In this document: in pieces, positions 54,452 through 63,361 of the stretch
Layout: each line of letters opens with the position of its first letter
Numbering within the stretch: the stretch's first letter is position 1
Source: an uncultured Candidatus Rokubacteria bacterium
GTDB taxonomy: Bacteria > Methylomirabilota > Methylomirabilia > Rokubacteriales > CSP1-6
Assembly: GCA_963747235.1 (NCBI GenBank)
Contig: CAVVEU010000020.1
Location: forward strand, 133,685-197,684
Length of the DNA stretch: 64,000 bases
Direction of reading: 5' to 3'
Translations under genes and position numbers: made by a program
Notes under the pieces: generated by a model
What the model saw: the letters and a program-made list of their open reading frames with translations, nothing else
Databases searched by the model: none
What the model was told of the DNA's origin: nothing

Positions 54452-56145
54452 TTACGTGTAGGCGCCGACCGAGGCGTCGGAGACGGTGGCCGCGTACTTG
54501 GCGAAGACGCCGGTCTTGAAGCGCGGCTTGGGCGCCTTCCACTTGGCCAGGCGCTTCTTCATCTCGGCGGCCGACACCTCCAGATCGAGGCGCCGCTTCT
54601 TCACGTCGATGTTGATGATGTCGCCGTTCCGCACCGCCGCGATGGGGCCGCGGTCGGCCGCCTCGGGCACGATGTGGCCGATCATGAAGCCGTGGGTGGC
54701 GCCCGAGAAGCGGCCGTCGGTCATCAGGGCCACGCTCTCGCCCAGCCCCGCGCCCTGCAGCGCGCCCGAGACGTGCAGCATCTCGCGCATGCCGGGGCCG
54801 CCCTTGGGGCCCTCGTAGCGGATCACGATCACGTCGTTGGGCTTGATCTTGCCCTTCTTGATGGCCTGGAAGGCGTCCTCCTCGACGCTCGAAGACCCGC
54901 GCGGGCCCGCGGTGCGCGTACTTCTTCTGGCCGGAGAGCTTGATCACGCAGCCGCCGGGCGCCAGGTTGCCGCGCAGGATCGCGATGCCGCCCTCGGGCT
55001 TCAGCGCCCGGGCGAGCGGCTTGATCACCTGCTGCCCCGCGGGCTCGGCGGCCGCCGTGACCTCCTCGCCGATCGTGCGCCCGGTGACCGTCTTCTCGCT
55101 CGCGTGGAGCAGGCCGGCCTCGAGCAGGCGCTTGCCCACCACCGCCATGCCGCCCGCGTCGTACATCTCGGGCGCGGTGTAGTTGCCCCAGGGCTTGAGA
55201 TCGGCGAGCACCGGGGTCTTGCGCGAGATCCGGTCGAAGTCCTCGATCGCGAGCTTGACGCCGAAGTCCCGCGCGGTGGCCATGAGGTGCAGCACCGCGT
55301 TGGTGGAGCCGCCGGTGGCCATGACGCCCGCGATGGAGTTCTCGAAGCTCTTGCGGGTCACGATCTTGCGCGGGGTCAATCCCCTTGCGCACGAGCTCCA
55401 TGACCAGCTTGCCGGACTCGAAGGCCACCTCTTCCTTGCGCGGATCGGTGGCCGGGATGTCGTTCCAGCCCATCGGGGACATGCCGAGCATCTCGTAGGC
55501 GGTGGCCATGGTGTTGGCGGTGAACTGCCCGCCGCAGGCGCCCGCGCCGGGACAGGCGTGGTCCTCCACGTCCATGAACTGCTCGAGCGAGATCTTCCCC
55601 GCGTTGTAGGCGCCGATGGCCTCGAACACGTCCTGGATCGTCAGGTTGCGGTTGGCGAACGGGCCGGTGGTGCCGGCGCAGCGGCCGAACATGATCGAGC
55701 CGCAGTAGAGCATGAGGCTCGGGATGTCGAGCCGGCCCAGCACCATCGTCATCGCGGGGATGGTCTTGTCGCAGCCGGAGATGGTCACGATGCCGTCGAA
55801 CATGTGGCTGCGGGCCACCAGCTCGACCGAGTCGGCGACGACCTCGCGGCTGATCAGCGAGCCCTTCATGCCCTCGGTGCCCATCGTGATGCCGTCGGTG
55901 ATCGAGATCGTGTTGACCTCGATCGGGGTGCCGCCCGCCGCCCGGATGCCCTGCATGACCTTCTCGGCCAGCTTCCGGTGGTTCCAGTTGCAGGGCATGG
56001 TCCCGATCCAGGAGTGGGCGACGCCGATCTGGGGGCGCGAGAGATCCTCGTCGGTGAAGCCCACCGCCTTCATCATGGCGCGGGCCGCGGAGCGATCGGT
56101 GCCTTCGAGGAGAACGCGGCTGTGCTTGCGGGGATCGACGGCCAT
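54452..56145 (-). CDS. ilvD: Dihydroxy-acid dehydratase (frameshifts near 55375 and 54885)
   Basis: [57 protein letters not shown]. Confidence 0.95.
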
Positions 56146-56182
56146 CGGGGACTCCTTTGTCGTGGGCTTGGTCGGGGGAAGT

Positions 56183-56871
56183 CTACAGCAGGTCGCGGAG
56201 CGGGACCAGCGCGTAGCCCTGCCGGCGGAGATCCGCGATCAGCGCGGGCAGGTACTCGACGAGGCGCGTCCCCGCTCCCGGCACGCCGTCGGCGTCGTGC
56301 AGGTCGTAGATCGCGCCCGGCCGGGCGCGCGCGGCGCCGCGTCGCGCCTGCTCGGCGGGATCCACCGGGCGGCGGCTCTCCGGCTGCACGGTCCAGAACA
56401 CGCACGGGGTCTCGAGGCGGCGCAGCGCGCCGAACATCGCGAGGTTGGTCTTCCCCCACGGCGGCCGGAAGAAGCGCGGCGGCGCGCCCGCGGCCTGGGT
56501 GATGGCGGCGTGCCCGTCGCCGATCTCGCGCTCGGTGCGCGTCGGGCCCGCAGCGCCAGAGGCTCGCGTGGCTCCAGGTGTGGTTGCCGAGGTCGTGACC
56601 GGCCTCCGCGATCCGGCGGGCCACCGCGGGAGCGTGCGCGGCGCGCCGGCCGATCATGAAGAAGGCGCCGCGGACGCCCTCGCGCTCCAGGATGTCGAGC
56701 ACGCGCGGTGTGCACGTCGGGATCCGGGCCGTCGTCGAAGGTGAGCGCGACCGCCCGGCGCTCCCGCGGGCCGCGCCACACGCTGGCCAGGGTCAGCAGG
56801 TGCGAGCCCCAGGTGTAGGCGCCCCAGAAGACGGGCGCGGCCCCCGCCGCCAGCCAGGCCGCGCGCTTCAC
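56183..56871 (-). CDS. Polysaccharide deacetylase (CE4/NodB) family protein (frameshifted)
   Basis: ALTFDDGP, GNHTWSH, FFRPPWG, LHD. Confidence 0.85.
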
Positions 56872-57302
56872 GCCGCCGGCCGCTTGGCCACGAGCAGGGT
56901 GAGCCGGCCGCTCTGCACGACCTCGCCGCGCTGGTTCAGGATGCTGCGCTCCTCCACGACGACGCCGCCCTCCTTCATCGAGCGCTTCGCGACCGTCTTG
57001 GAGACGCTGCGGATCGTGTCGCCCACCCGGGTCGGCTGGAGGAACCGCCACTCGAAGCCCATGAACGCGACCACCACGAGGGGCGGCTGGGGCACCCGCC
57101 AGCCGAGGCCGGAGGACAGGCAGAGGGGCAGGAGATCCGGGATCGTGCCCGGCTCGCCCGGCCGGGCCGTGCTGAGCGAGTTGAAGAGCGCGGCGTGCGT
57201 CTCGGTGAGCGTGATGGCGGGTGTCTCGAGCGGGACGCCCGTCTGCACGTCCTCGAAGTAGACCCGGCTCGCCGGCTGGCTCGGGGACAAGCGCGCGCTC
57301 AG
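56868..57302 (-). CDS. MaoC-like hotdog-fold protein, second of pair (degenerate motif)
   Basis: YFEDV...WRFLQPTRVGDTI...NQRGEVVQ; lacks the D-x4-H hydratase motif; start approximate. Confidence 0.75.
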   Translation of the reverse strand: MSARLSPSQPASRVYFEDVQTGVPLETPAITLTETHAALFNSLSTARPGEPGTIPDLLPLCLSSGLGWRVPQPPLVVVAFMGFEWRFLQPTRVGDTIRSVSKTVAKRSMKEGGVVVEERSILNQRGEVVQSGRLTLLVAKRPAA

Positions 57303-57752
57303 GCCGGCCGGCGGCCCACCAGGTGGTCCGTCTCGCCCTCCTGGACGACCTCGCCGCGCTGGTTCAGCACCCGCCGCGCCACCGTGACCACGCCCCAGCC
57401 CGGCTGCTCGCCGTCGCGCTTGGCGGTGACCTGCGCCTCGCACGTGGATGGTGTCGCCGATCTTGATCGGCCCCTTGAACTTCCACTTCACCGCGGCCAG
57501 CGGCCCGGTGACCTGGGCGGTGACCACCCGATCGAGCAGGCCCTGCTGGATGGACAGCCCGAGGAGCCCGTGGGCGATGCGCTCGCCGAACTGCGAGGCC
57601 TTCATGTACTCGGCGTCGGTGTGCAGCACGTTGTAGTCGCCGCTGAGCCCCGCGAAGATGACCACGTCGGCCTCGGTCACGGTGCGGCCGGGCGAGGCGT
57701 ACTCCTCGCCGACCGGGATGTCCTCGAAGTAGACGGCCGGATCAGCGCTCAC
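57299..57752 (-). CDS. MaoC-family (R)-hydratase/dehydratase
   Basis: GRTVTEADV..FAGLSGDYNVLHTD...FGERIAHG; a frameshift near 57440 makes it look fused to the next gene. Confidence 0.85.
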
Positions 57753-57819
57753 GGGCCGCTAGGATAGCACGCCGGCTCTCCGGTCCCCGCGTCGCCGGAT
57801 CGCGGCCCGTCTGGGAACC

Positions 57820-57869
57820 TTGACATCCCCGATTCCGGCTACATAGAATCAGACCGACCGGTCGGTCTG
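57820..57869 (+). promoter_or_regulatory. Sigma70 promoter of mqnEAC with perfect 20-bp palindromic operator
   Basis: TTGACA 57820-57825, 18-nt spacer, TAGAAT 57844-57849, then CAGACCGACC|GGTCGGTCTG 57850-57869; SD GGAGG before ATG 57894. Confidence 0.85.
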
Positions 57870-57893
57870 GGCAACTCGAACACGGAGGGATCA

Positions 57894-58998
57894 ATGGCCG
57901 TCGCGACCCCCGCTCCACCTCGACTCCGCGACCCCGTCCTTCACCCGATCTGGGAGAAGGTCCAGGCCGGCGAGCGCCTGTCCCGCGAGGACGGGCTGGC
58001 CCTCTTCGCCACCGACGATCTCCACGGCGTGGGCCGCATGGCCGACTTCTTCAAGTCCCGGCTGCACGGCGACCAGGTCTTCTTCGTGCTCAACCGGTAC
58101 ATCAACCCGACGAACGTATGTGTGCTCTCCTGCAGCTTCTGTGACTTCGCCAGGAAGAAAGGCGAGGAGGGCGCGTTCGAGAACACGATCGAGGACGTGC
58201 TCAACATGATCAAGCCGGGCACCCGCGAGGCGCACATCGTGGGCGGCCATCACCCGGACTGGCCCTTCGAGTACTTCGAGCGGCTGATCGAGTCCATCCA
58301 CAACACCCGGCCGGAGACCCAGATCAAGGCCTTCACCGCGGCCGAGATCGACTACTTCTGGCGGCGCTGGAAGATCGAGCCCGTCGAGGCCCTCACCCGG
58401 CTCAAGAAGGCGGGGCTGCACTCGATGCCCGGGGGCGGCGCGGAGATCTTCTCCCGCCGGCTGCAGAAGCTGCTGCACTTCACGGGCAAGGCGGACGCCG
58501 ATCGCTGGTGCGAGATCCACGGCATCGCCCACTCGCTCGGGATCAAGACCAACGCGACGATGCTGTACGGCCACGTGGAGACGATGGAGGAGCGGGTGGA
58601 CCACCTGCTGCGGCTCCGGGAGCAGCAGGACAAGTCGGGGGGGTTCATCACGTTCATTCCCCTCTCCTACCAGACCGGGACCACCAAGCTGGTGCCGCGC
58701 CAGACCCCGCCCACCGACGACCTGCGGACCATCGCGGCCTCGCGGCTGCTCCTGGATAACTTCCCGCACATCGAGGCCTACTGGGTGATGATCGGCGAGG
58801 CCACCGCCTCGCTCGCGCTCCACTTCGGCGCCTCCGACGTCAACGGCACCCTGGAAGACGAGAAGATCGCCCACATGGCCCAGGCGGCGAGCCCGGCGGG
58901 CCTGGCAACCGATCAAATTCTTCAGAATGGTCCGGGACGCGGGCAAGATCGCGGTCGAGCGCGACGCGCTCTACAACGTCGTCAAGGTGTGGAGCTGA
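57894..58998 (+). CDS. mqnE: Aminofutalosine synthase (radical SAM; frameshift near 58920)
   Basis: INPTNVCVLSCSFCDF, KAFTAAEI, MPGGGAEIF, NATMLYGHVE, LLDNFPHIEAYWVM. Confidence 0.9.
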
Positions 58999-59000
58999 GC

Positions 59001-59747
59001 ATGCTGCGCGTCGGCCGCATCCCGTATCTCAACTGCGAGCCGTTCTTCCACCGGCTGACCGGCGTGGAGCTCGTGGACCTGATCCCGCGCCGGCTCGGGG
59101 AGGCCATGGCCGCGGGCCAGCTCGACGCGGGGCCGCTCTCCCTGATCGACTACCTCCGGATCGAGTCCGAGCTGACGCCCCTGCCCTACGGGATCGGCTG
59201 CCCGACCGGCGCGCGGAGCGTGCTCGTCTTCTCGGACCGGCCGCTCTCGGACCTCCGCGGGGCCCGGGTCGGCATCACCGGCGAGACCTCGACCTCCGTG
59301 GAGCTGCTGCGGGTGCTGCTGGCGCTCCGCTACGAGGTCGAGCCCGCGGCCTGGGTCACCGCGGAGGAGCCCTGCGACGCCCAGCTCCTCATCGGCGACC
59401 AGGCGATCCGGCGCGCCACGAGCGGCCCGGCCGCCCGGCACGCGACGGACCTGGGGCTCGAGTGGCGCGACTGGACCGGGCTGCCGTTCGTCTTCGCGCG
59501 GTGGGCGGTGGCCTCGCGCGTGCCGATCCGGGAGCGCCGCGCCTTCGAGCAGGCGCTCGACGCCGCGCTCGACCGCGGGATGGCCGCCCTGCCCGAGATC
59601 GCCGCGACCCGGCGCGACCTGGGCTGGACCGCCGCGCAGATCGAGTCGTACCTGCGCAACTTCGCCTTCCGGCTGGGCCCGGACGAGGAGAAGGGCGCCG
59701 CGGAGTTCGTGAGGCTCCGCGCGCAGCTCGGGCCCCTGCCGTGCTGA
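59001..59747 (+). CDS. mqnA: Chorismate dehydratase (futalosine pathway)
   Basis: RVGRIPYLNCEP, TSTSVELL, LLIGDQA, DLGLEWRDWTGLPFVFARW. Confidence 0.9.
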   Translation: MLRVGRIPYLNCEPFFHRLTGVELVDLIPRRLGEAMAAGQLDAGPLSLIDYLRIESELTPLPYGIGCPTGARSVLVFSDRPLSDLRGARVGITGETSTSVELLRVLLALRYEVEPAAWVTAEEPCDAQLLIGDQAIRRATSGPAARHATDLGLEWRDWTGLPFVFARWAVASRVPIRERRAFEQALDAALDRGMAALPEIAATRRDLGWTAAQIESYLRNFAFRLGPDEEKGAAEFVRLRAQLGPLPC

Positions 59748-60814
59748 GCCGCATCCGGGCGAAGGCGGAAGCGGGGACGCGGCTCGATCGCGCGGACGGG
59801 CTCTGGCTCCTCACCGAGGCGCCCCTGCTCGACCTGGGCAGCGTGGCCCAGGAGGCGCGCTTCCGGCGCATCCCGGAGCGGCGCGTGACGTTCGTCATCG
59901 ACACGAACCCGAACTACACGAACGTCTGCATCACCGACTGCCAGTTCTGCGCCTTCTACCGCCGGCCCGGCGACAAGGAAGCCTACACGCTCACGGTGGA
60001 CGAGGTGCTGGCCAAGGTGGAGTTCGCGGCGGGCGAGGGCGCGACCACCGTGCTGCTCCAGGGCGGCCACAACCCGGCCCTGCCGATGGACTACTACCTC
60101 GAGCTGGTGCGCGAGACGCGGCGGCGCTTCCCATCGGTCACCCCGCACTTCTTCAGCGCCTCCGAGATCCGCACGATGTCCGACGTGGCGGGCAAGCCGG
60201 TGCCCGAGGTGCTGGCCCTGCTCAAGCAGGCCGGGCAGACGAGCATTCCGGGCGGCGGCGCGGAGGTGCTCTCCGAGCGGGTGCGCAAGCGCATCGAGCC
60301 CAAGAAGGGCGGGCCGGGCGCGTGGCTCGAGGTGCATCGCGAGGCGCATCGCCAGGGCTTCAGGTCCACCGCCACCATGATGTACGGCCACGTCGAGCAG
60401 CCGGAGGACATCCTCGACCACCTCGACGCGATCCGCGACCTGCAAGACGAGCACGGCGGCTTCACCGCCTTCGTGCCCTGGTCCTTCAAGCCGGGCAATA
60501 CCCTGCTCGAGAAGTGGATCAAGCAATACAAAGGTCCGAACGCCTACCTGCGGATGCTGGCGGTCTCGCGGCTCTACCTGGACAACTTCCCCCACGTGCA
60601 GGCCTCGTGGTTCTCGGAGGGGAAGCGGACCGGCCAGGTGGCGCTATCGTGGGGCGCGGACGATTTCGGCGGGACCCTCTTCGAGGAGAACGTGCACGCG
60701 GCGGCGGACTACGTCAACAAGACCACCGTGGACGAGATCATGACCCTGATCCGGGACGCGGGCTTCACCCCCGCCCAGCGCACGACCGACTACGACATTA
60801 TTGCCACGTACTAA
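59741..60814 (+). CDS. mqnC: Cyclic dehypoxanthinyl futalosine synthase (radical SAM)
   Basis: NPNYTNVCITDCQFCAFYR, LLQGGHNP, TATMMYGHVE, FVPWSFKP, VQASW, EENV. Confidence 0.93.
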   Translation: MLSRIRAKAEAGTRLDRADGLWLLTEAPLLDLGSVAQEARFRRIPERRVTFVIDTNPNYTNVCITDCQFCAFYRRPGDKEAYTLTVDEVLAKVEFAAGEGATTVLLQGGHNPALPMDYYLELVRETRRRFPSVTPHFFSASEIRTMSDVAGKPVPEVLALLKQAGQTSIPGGGAEVLSERVRKRIEPKKGGPGAWLEVHREAHRQGFRSTATMMYGHVEQPEDILDHLDAIRDLQDEHGGFTAFVPWSFKPGNTLLEKWIKQYKGPNAYLRMLAVSRLYLDNFPHVQASWFSEGKRTGQVALSWGADDFGGTLFEENVHAAADYVNKTTVDEIMTLIRDAGFTPAQRTTDYDIIATY

Positions 60815-60878
60815 GTCGGGGCCGCCGGCGGCGCGACTGGCGAAGGCTCGGCGTGTGCGGTGGCGATCTACTAGCGCG

Positions 60879-61703
60879 CTAGATCGGGTCCACCGGCGGC
60901 ATGGACTTGATCAGGCCCCGCGCGTGCGCCATCTGGTAGAGCCGGGTCAGGGCGGCGCGGCCGTCGTCGCCCAGCCGCTTGGTGTAGTCGTTGACGTACA
61001 TCAGGACGAAGCGCCGGCAGGTCTCCTTGTCGATCCCGCGCCCGTAGCGCATCGCGTACTCGAGCGCCTCGTCCACGTTGGCGTAGGCGTAGTCGATCGC
61101 GTCGCGGAGCCCCTGGGAGATCGCGCGGTGTGTCGCCTCGCCCAGGTCCCGCCGCATCACGTTGATGCCGAGCGGCAGCGGCAGGCCGGACTCCTTCTGC
61201 CACTCCTCCCCCATGTCGAGCACCTTGACGAGGCCCATGCTCTGATGCGTGATCTGCCCCTCGTGGATGAGCAGGCCGAGATCCGCCTGGCCCTCCAGCA
61301 CGACCTTGGGGATCTTGTCGAAGGCGACCTCGATGGTCGGCGGATCGCCCACGTAGAGGCGCAGCAGCAGGGCGGCGGTGGTGTGGCTGCCCGGAATGGC
61401 GACCACCTTCTGCTCGAGCTGGTCGCGGGGGATGGGCTCCTTGGCGACCAGGATCGGCCCGTAGCCCTTCCCCATGGACGCGCCGGGATCCATCATCCGG
61501 TACTGCTCGTGGACGATGGCGTAGGTCGCGGCGGACACCGCGGTGACCTCGAGCTCGCCGGTGCGGGCGCGCCGGTTGAGCGATTCGATGTCCTCCAGCA
61601 CGTGCTCGACCTCGATGCCCGGGATCTTCACCTTCCCCGCGTTGAGCGCGTAGAACATGAAGGCGTCGTCGGGATCCGGGCTGTGTCCGATGCGAATCAG
61701 CAT
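60879..61703 (-). CDS. mqnD: 1,4-dihydroxy-6-naphthoate synthase (MqnA/MqnD family)
   Basis: RIGHSPDPDDAFMFYAL, DIESLN, GYGP, TTA.LLL, GLLIHEGQ, LPLPLG, FVLMYVN. Confidence 0.88.
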   Translation of the reverse strand: MLIRIGHSPDPDDAFMFYALNAGKVKIPGIEVEHVLEDIESLNRRARTGELEVTAVSAATYAIVHEQYRMMDPGASMGKGYGPILVAKEPIPRDQLEQKVVAIPGSHTTAALLLRLYVGDPPTIEVAFDKIPKVVLEGQADLGLLIHEGQITHQSMGLVKVLDMGEEWQKESGLPLPLGINVMRRDLGEATHRAISQGLRDAIDYAYANVDEALEYAMRYGRGIDKETCRRFVLMYVNDYTKRLGDDGRAALTRLYQMAHARGLIKSMPPVDPI

Positions 61704-61738
61704 GCGACCTCCCAGGCGTGGGGCCAGGTGTGGGCCAA

Positions 61739-62320
61739 GTGACGAAGCCGGCGACGCGCGACAAGATTCTGCAGGCGGCGCTCGAGGTCTTCGCCGAGAA
61801 AGGGTATCACAGGGCCCTGGTCGACGACATCGTGCGGACCTCCCGCACGTCCAAGGGCGCCGTCTACCACCACTTCCCGAACAAGGAAGCGCTCTTCCTG
61901 GCCCTGGTCGACGAGTTCTCGGCCCGGCTCGCGGAGGCGGTGGCGGCCGGCATCGCGGGCGCGCACGGCGGGCTCGGCAAGGTGCAGGCCGCGCTCACCG
62001 CGGGGCTCGAGACCTTCGCCCGCCACCGGGACCTCGCCCGCATCCTGCTGCTCGAGTCGGTGAGCCTGGGGCCCGCGTACCAGAGCAAGCGCCTCGAAGT
62101 GCACGGGCGCTTCGCGTCGCTCATCCAGGCCTATCTCGACGACGCGGTGGCGGAGGGCTCGATCCCGGCTCTCGACACCCGGGTGGCCACCCTGGCGTGG
62201 CTGGGGGCGGTCAACGAGGTGGTGATCCAGTGGCTCTACAGCGGGCGGCCGGACCTGATGACGGAGGCGGTGCCCGCGCTGACCCCGCTCCTGCTTCGCA
62301 GTATCGGCGCGGCTCAGTAG
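61739..62320 (+). CDS. TetR/AcrR-family transcriptional regulator
   Basis: TRDKILQAALEVFAEKGY...VDDI...SKGAVYHHFPNKEALF HTH. Confidence 0.93.
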   Translation: MTKPATRDKILQAALEVFAEKGYHRALVDDIVRTSRTSKGAVYHHFPNKEALFLALVDEFSARLAEAVAAGIAGAHGGLGKVQAALTAGLETFARHRDLARILLLESVSLGPAYQSKRLEVHGRFASLIQAYLDDAVAEGSIPALDTRVATLAWLGAVNEVVIQWLYSGRPDLMTEAVPALTPLLLRSIGAAQ

Positions 62321-62883
62321 CCCGCGCGGGCGCGGGCGAACCGGATCACGAAGTCCCCCGCCTTGATGGCGCGCAGGATGGCGTCGGCGTTTCGCTCGGC
62401 CTCGACTTCGACCCACGCCCGGCCGAAGTCCTCGTCGCGATGGCCGTCGTCGGTGGCGACCTTGGGGAGCCGGATGGCCTCCACGTCGTACTCGGGCTGG
62501 TAGACCCCGGTGTCGGTGATCTCGACCGCGTGAATGGGCATGCCGTCGCGCGTGATGGTGCGGATCCGGCGCAGCGTCTGGTCCACGGTCAGGGCGTAGC
62601 GCGCGGGATGATTCAGGATGTAGAGCGTCTCGCGATCGCCGGTCACCTTGCCCACGTGCTGGCCGAGGGGCCGGTAGTCGATCTCGACCCCGGGCAGCAC
62701 GAGCATCTGGTCGTCGCCGGCCGGGATCTGGAACCAGTAGTCCTCGTGGATGCGGTCGTCGTGATCGGTGATGGCGAGGAAGTCGTAGCCGAGCTCGCGG
62801 TAGCGGGCGATCACCTCGTCGATCGGACGGCGGCCGTCCGAGAACGTGGTGTGGGTATGGAGGTTGCCCTTCAGCAGCGGCAT
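62314..62883 (-). CDS. PHP-domain phosphoesterase
   Basis: LKGNLHTHTTFSDG, AITDHD, NHP, TDDGH. Confidence 0.85.
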   Translation of the reverse strand: MPLLKGNLHTHTTFSDGRRPIDEVIARYRELGYDFLAITDHDDRIHEDYWFQIPAGDDQMLVLPGVEIDYRPLGQHVGKVTGDRETLYILNHPARYALTVDQTLRRIRTITRDGMPIHAVEITDTGVYQPEYDVEAIRLPKVATDDGHRDEDFGRAWVEVEAERNADAILRAIKAGDFVIRFARARAGY

Positions 62884-62916
62884 GTGGCTACCGCACCGCG
62901 CTCCGGGCGCGGGCGT

Positions 62917-63349
62917 TCAGCGGGGGTCGGAGACCCGGCGGGCCGAGGCGGCCGGGACGGAGTCCCAGACGATGGTGAAGCCGAGGGCGGGCCAGCCGCT
63001 GCGGGCCCACGGCTCCTGTGAGACCAGGCTGCCGACGGGAGTCGACGGAGACGTCCACCCCGAGAGCCCGTACTTCGTGCCGCCCTGCGTCTGCCCGGCG
63101 AATGGCTCGATGAACGCGGGCTGGTGACGGACCCGGACGTCCGTGCCACCGTAGAAGTCCGCTTCCCGGGGCCGGGTGGCCTCGCGGGTGGCCGGAGTCG
63201 GCTCGACGATGCGGAGCTGCGGCGGCTTTTCCGGCGCGCTGGCCTGGATCTCGACCGGAGTCTGGGCGATGGCCGATGGATGCTGGTCCGAGCCAGCTGA
63301 CTCCCACGAAGGCCATGAGCACGACGGGCACCACGACACGAAACCTCAT
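62917..63349 (-). CDS. Hypothetical exported protein (frameshift near 63280)
   Basis: Signal-like N-terminus (ORF 62888..63349) joined to the C-terminal frame of ORF 62917..63339. Confidence 0.5.
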
Positions 63350-63361
63350 GGCGCCATCATC

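Noticed and set aside
1419-54461. Very long Arg/Gly/Pro/Ala-rich alternative-frame and antisense ORFs (e.g. 1419..3941, 7081..10266, 10795..12594, 48486..51671, 51870..54461)
   Set aside because: Shadow ORFs expected in high-GC DNA with few stop codons, or chimeras of real genes joined through indels; no family motifs of their own.
56868-57752. Apparent double-MaoC fusion (294 aa)
   Set aside because: A frameshift near 57440; the first MaoC's natural end (NQRGEVVQEGETDHLVGRRPA*) stops at 57299.
106-58998. Dozens of frameshifts suggesting mass pseudogenisation or programmed frameshifting
   Set aside because: They are single-base indels scattered through essential and accessory genes alike, without accumulated in-frame stops or consistent slippery sites. 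Long-read consensus error is the simplest explanation.
57894-59747. Apparent MqnE-MqnA fusion (617-aa ORF)
   Set aside because: Created by one extra base near 58920. The MqnE C-terminus (ERDALYNVVKVWS*) is in another frame ending at 58998, and mqnA has its own ATG at 59001.
57894-60814. F420 (CofH/CofG) biosynthesis or a RiPP radical-SAM cluster
   Set aside because: The two radical SAM enzymes flank mqnA and neighbour mqnD, which fits the futalosine pathway; no SPASM domain or precursor peptide.
61712-61741. Short imperfect repeats ccaggYgtggg between mqnD and tetR as the TetR operator
   Set aside because: Direct rather than palindromic, low complexity, and unlike the 57850-57869 site.
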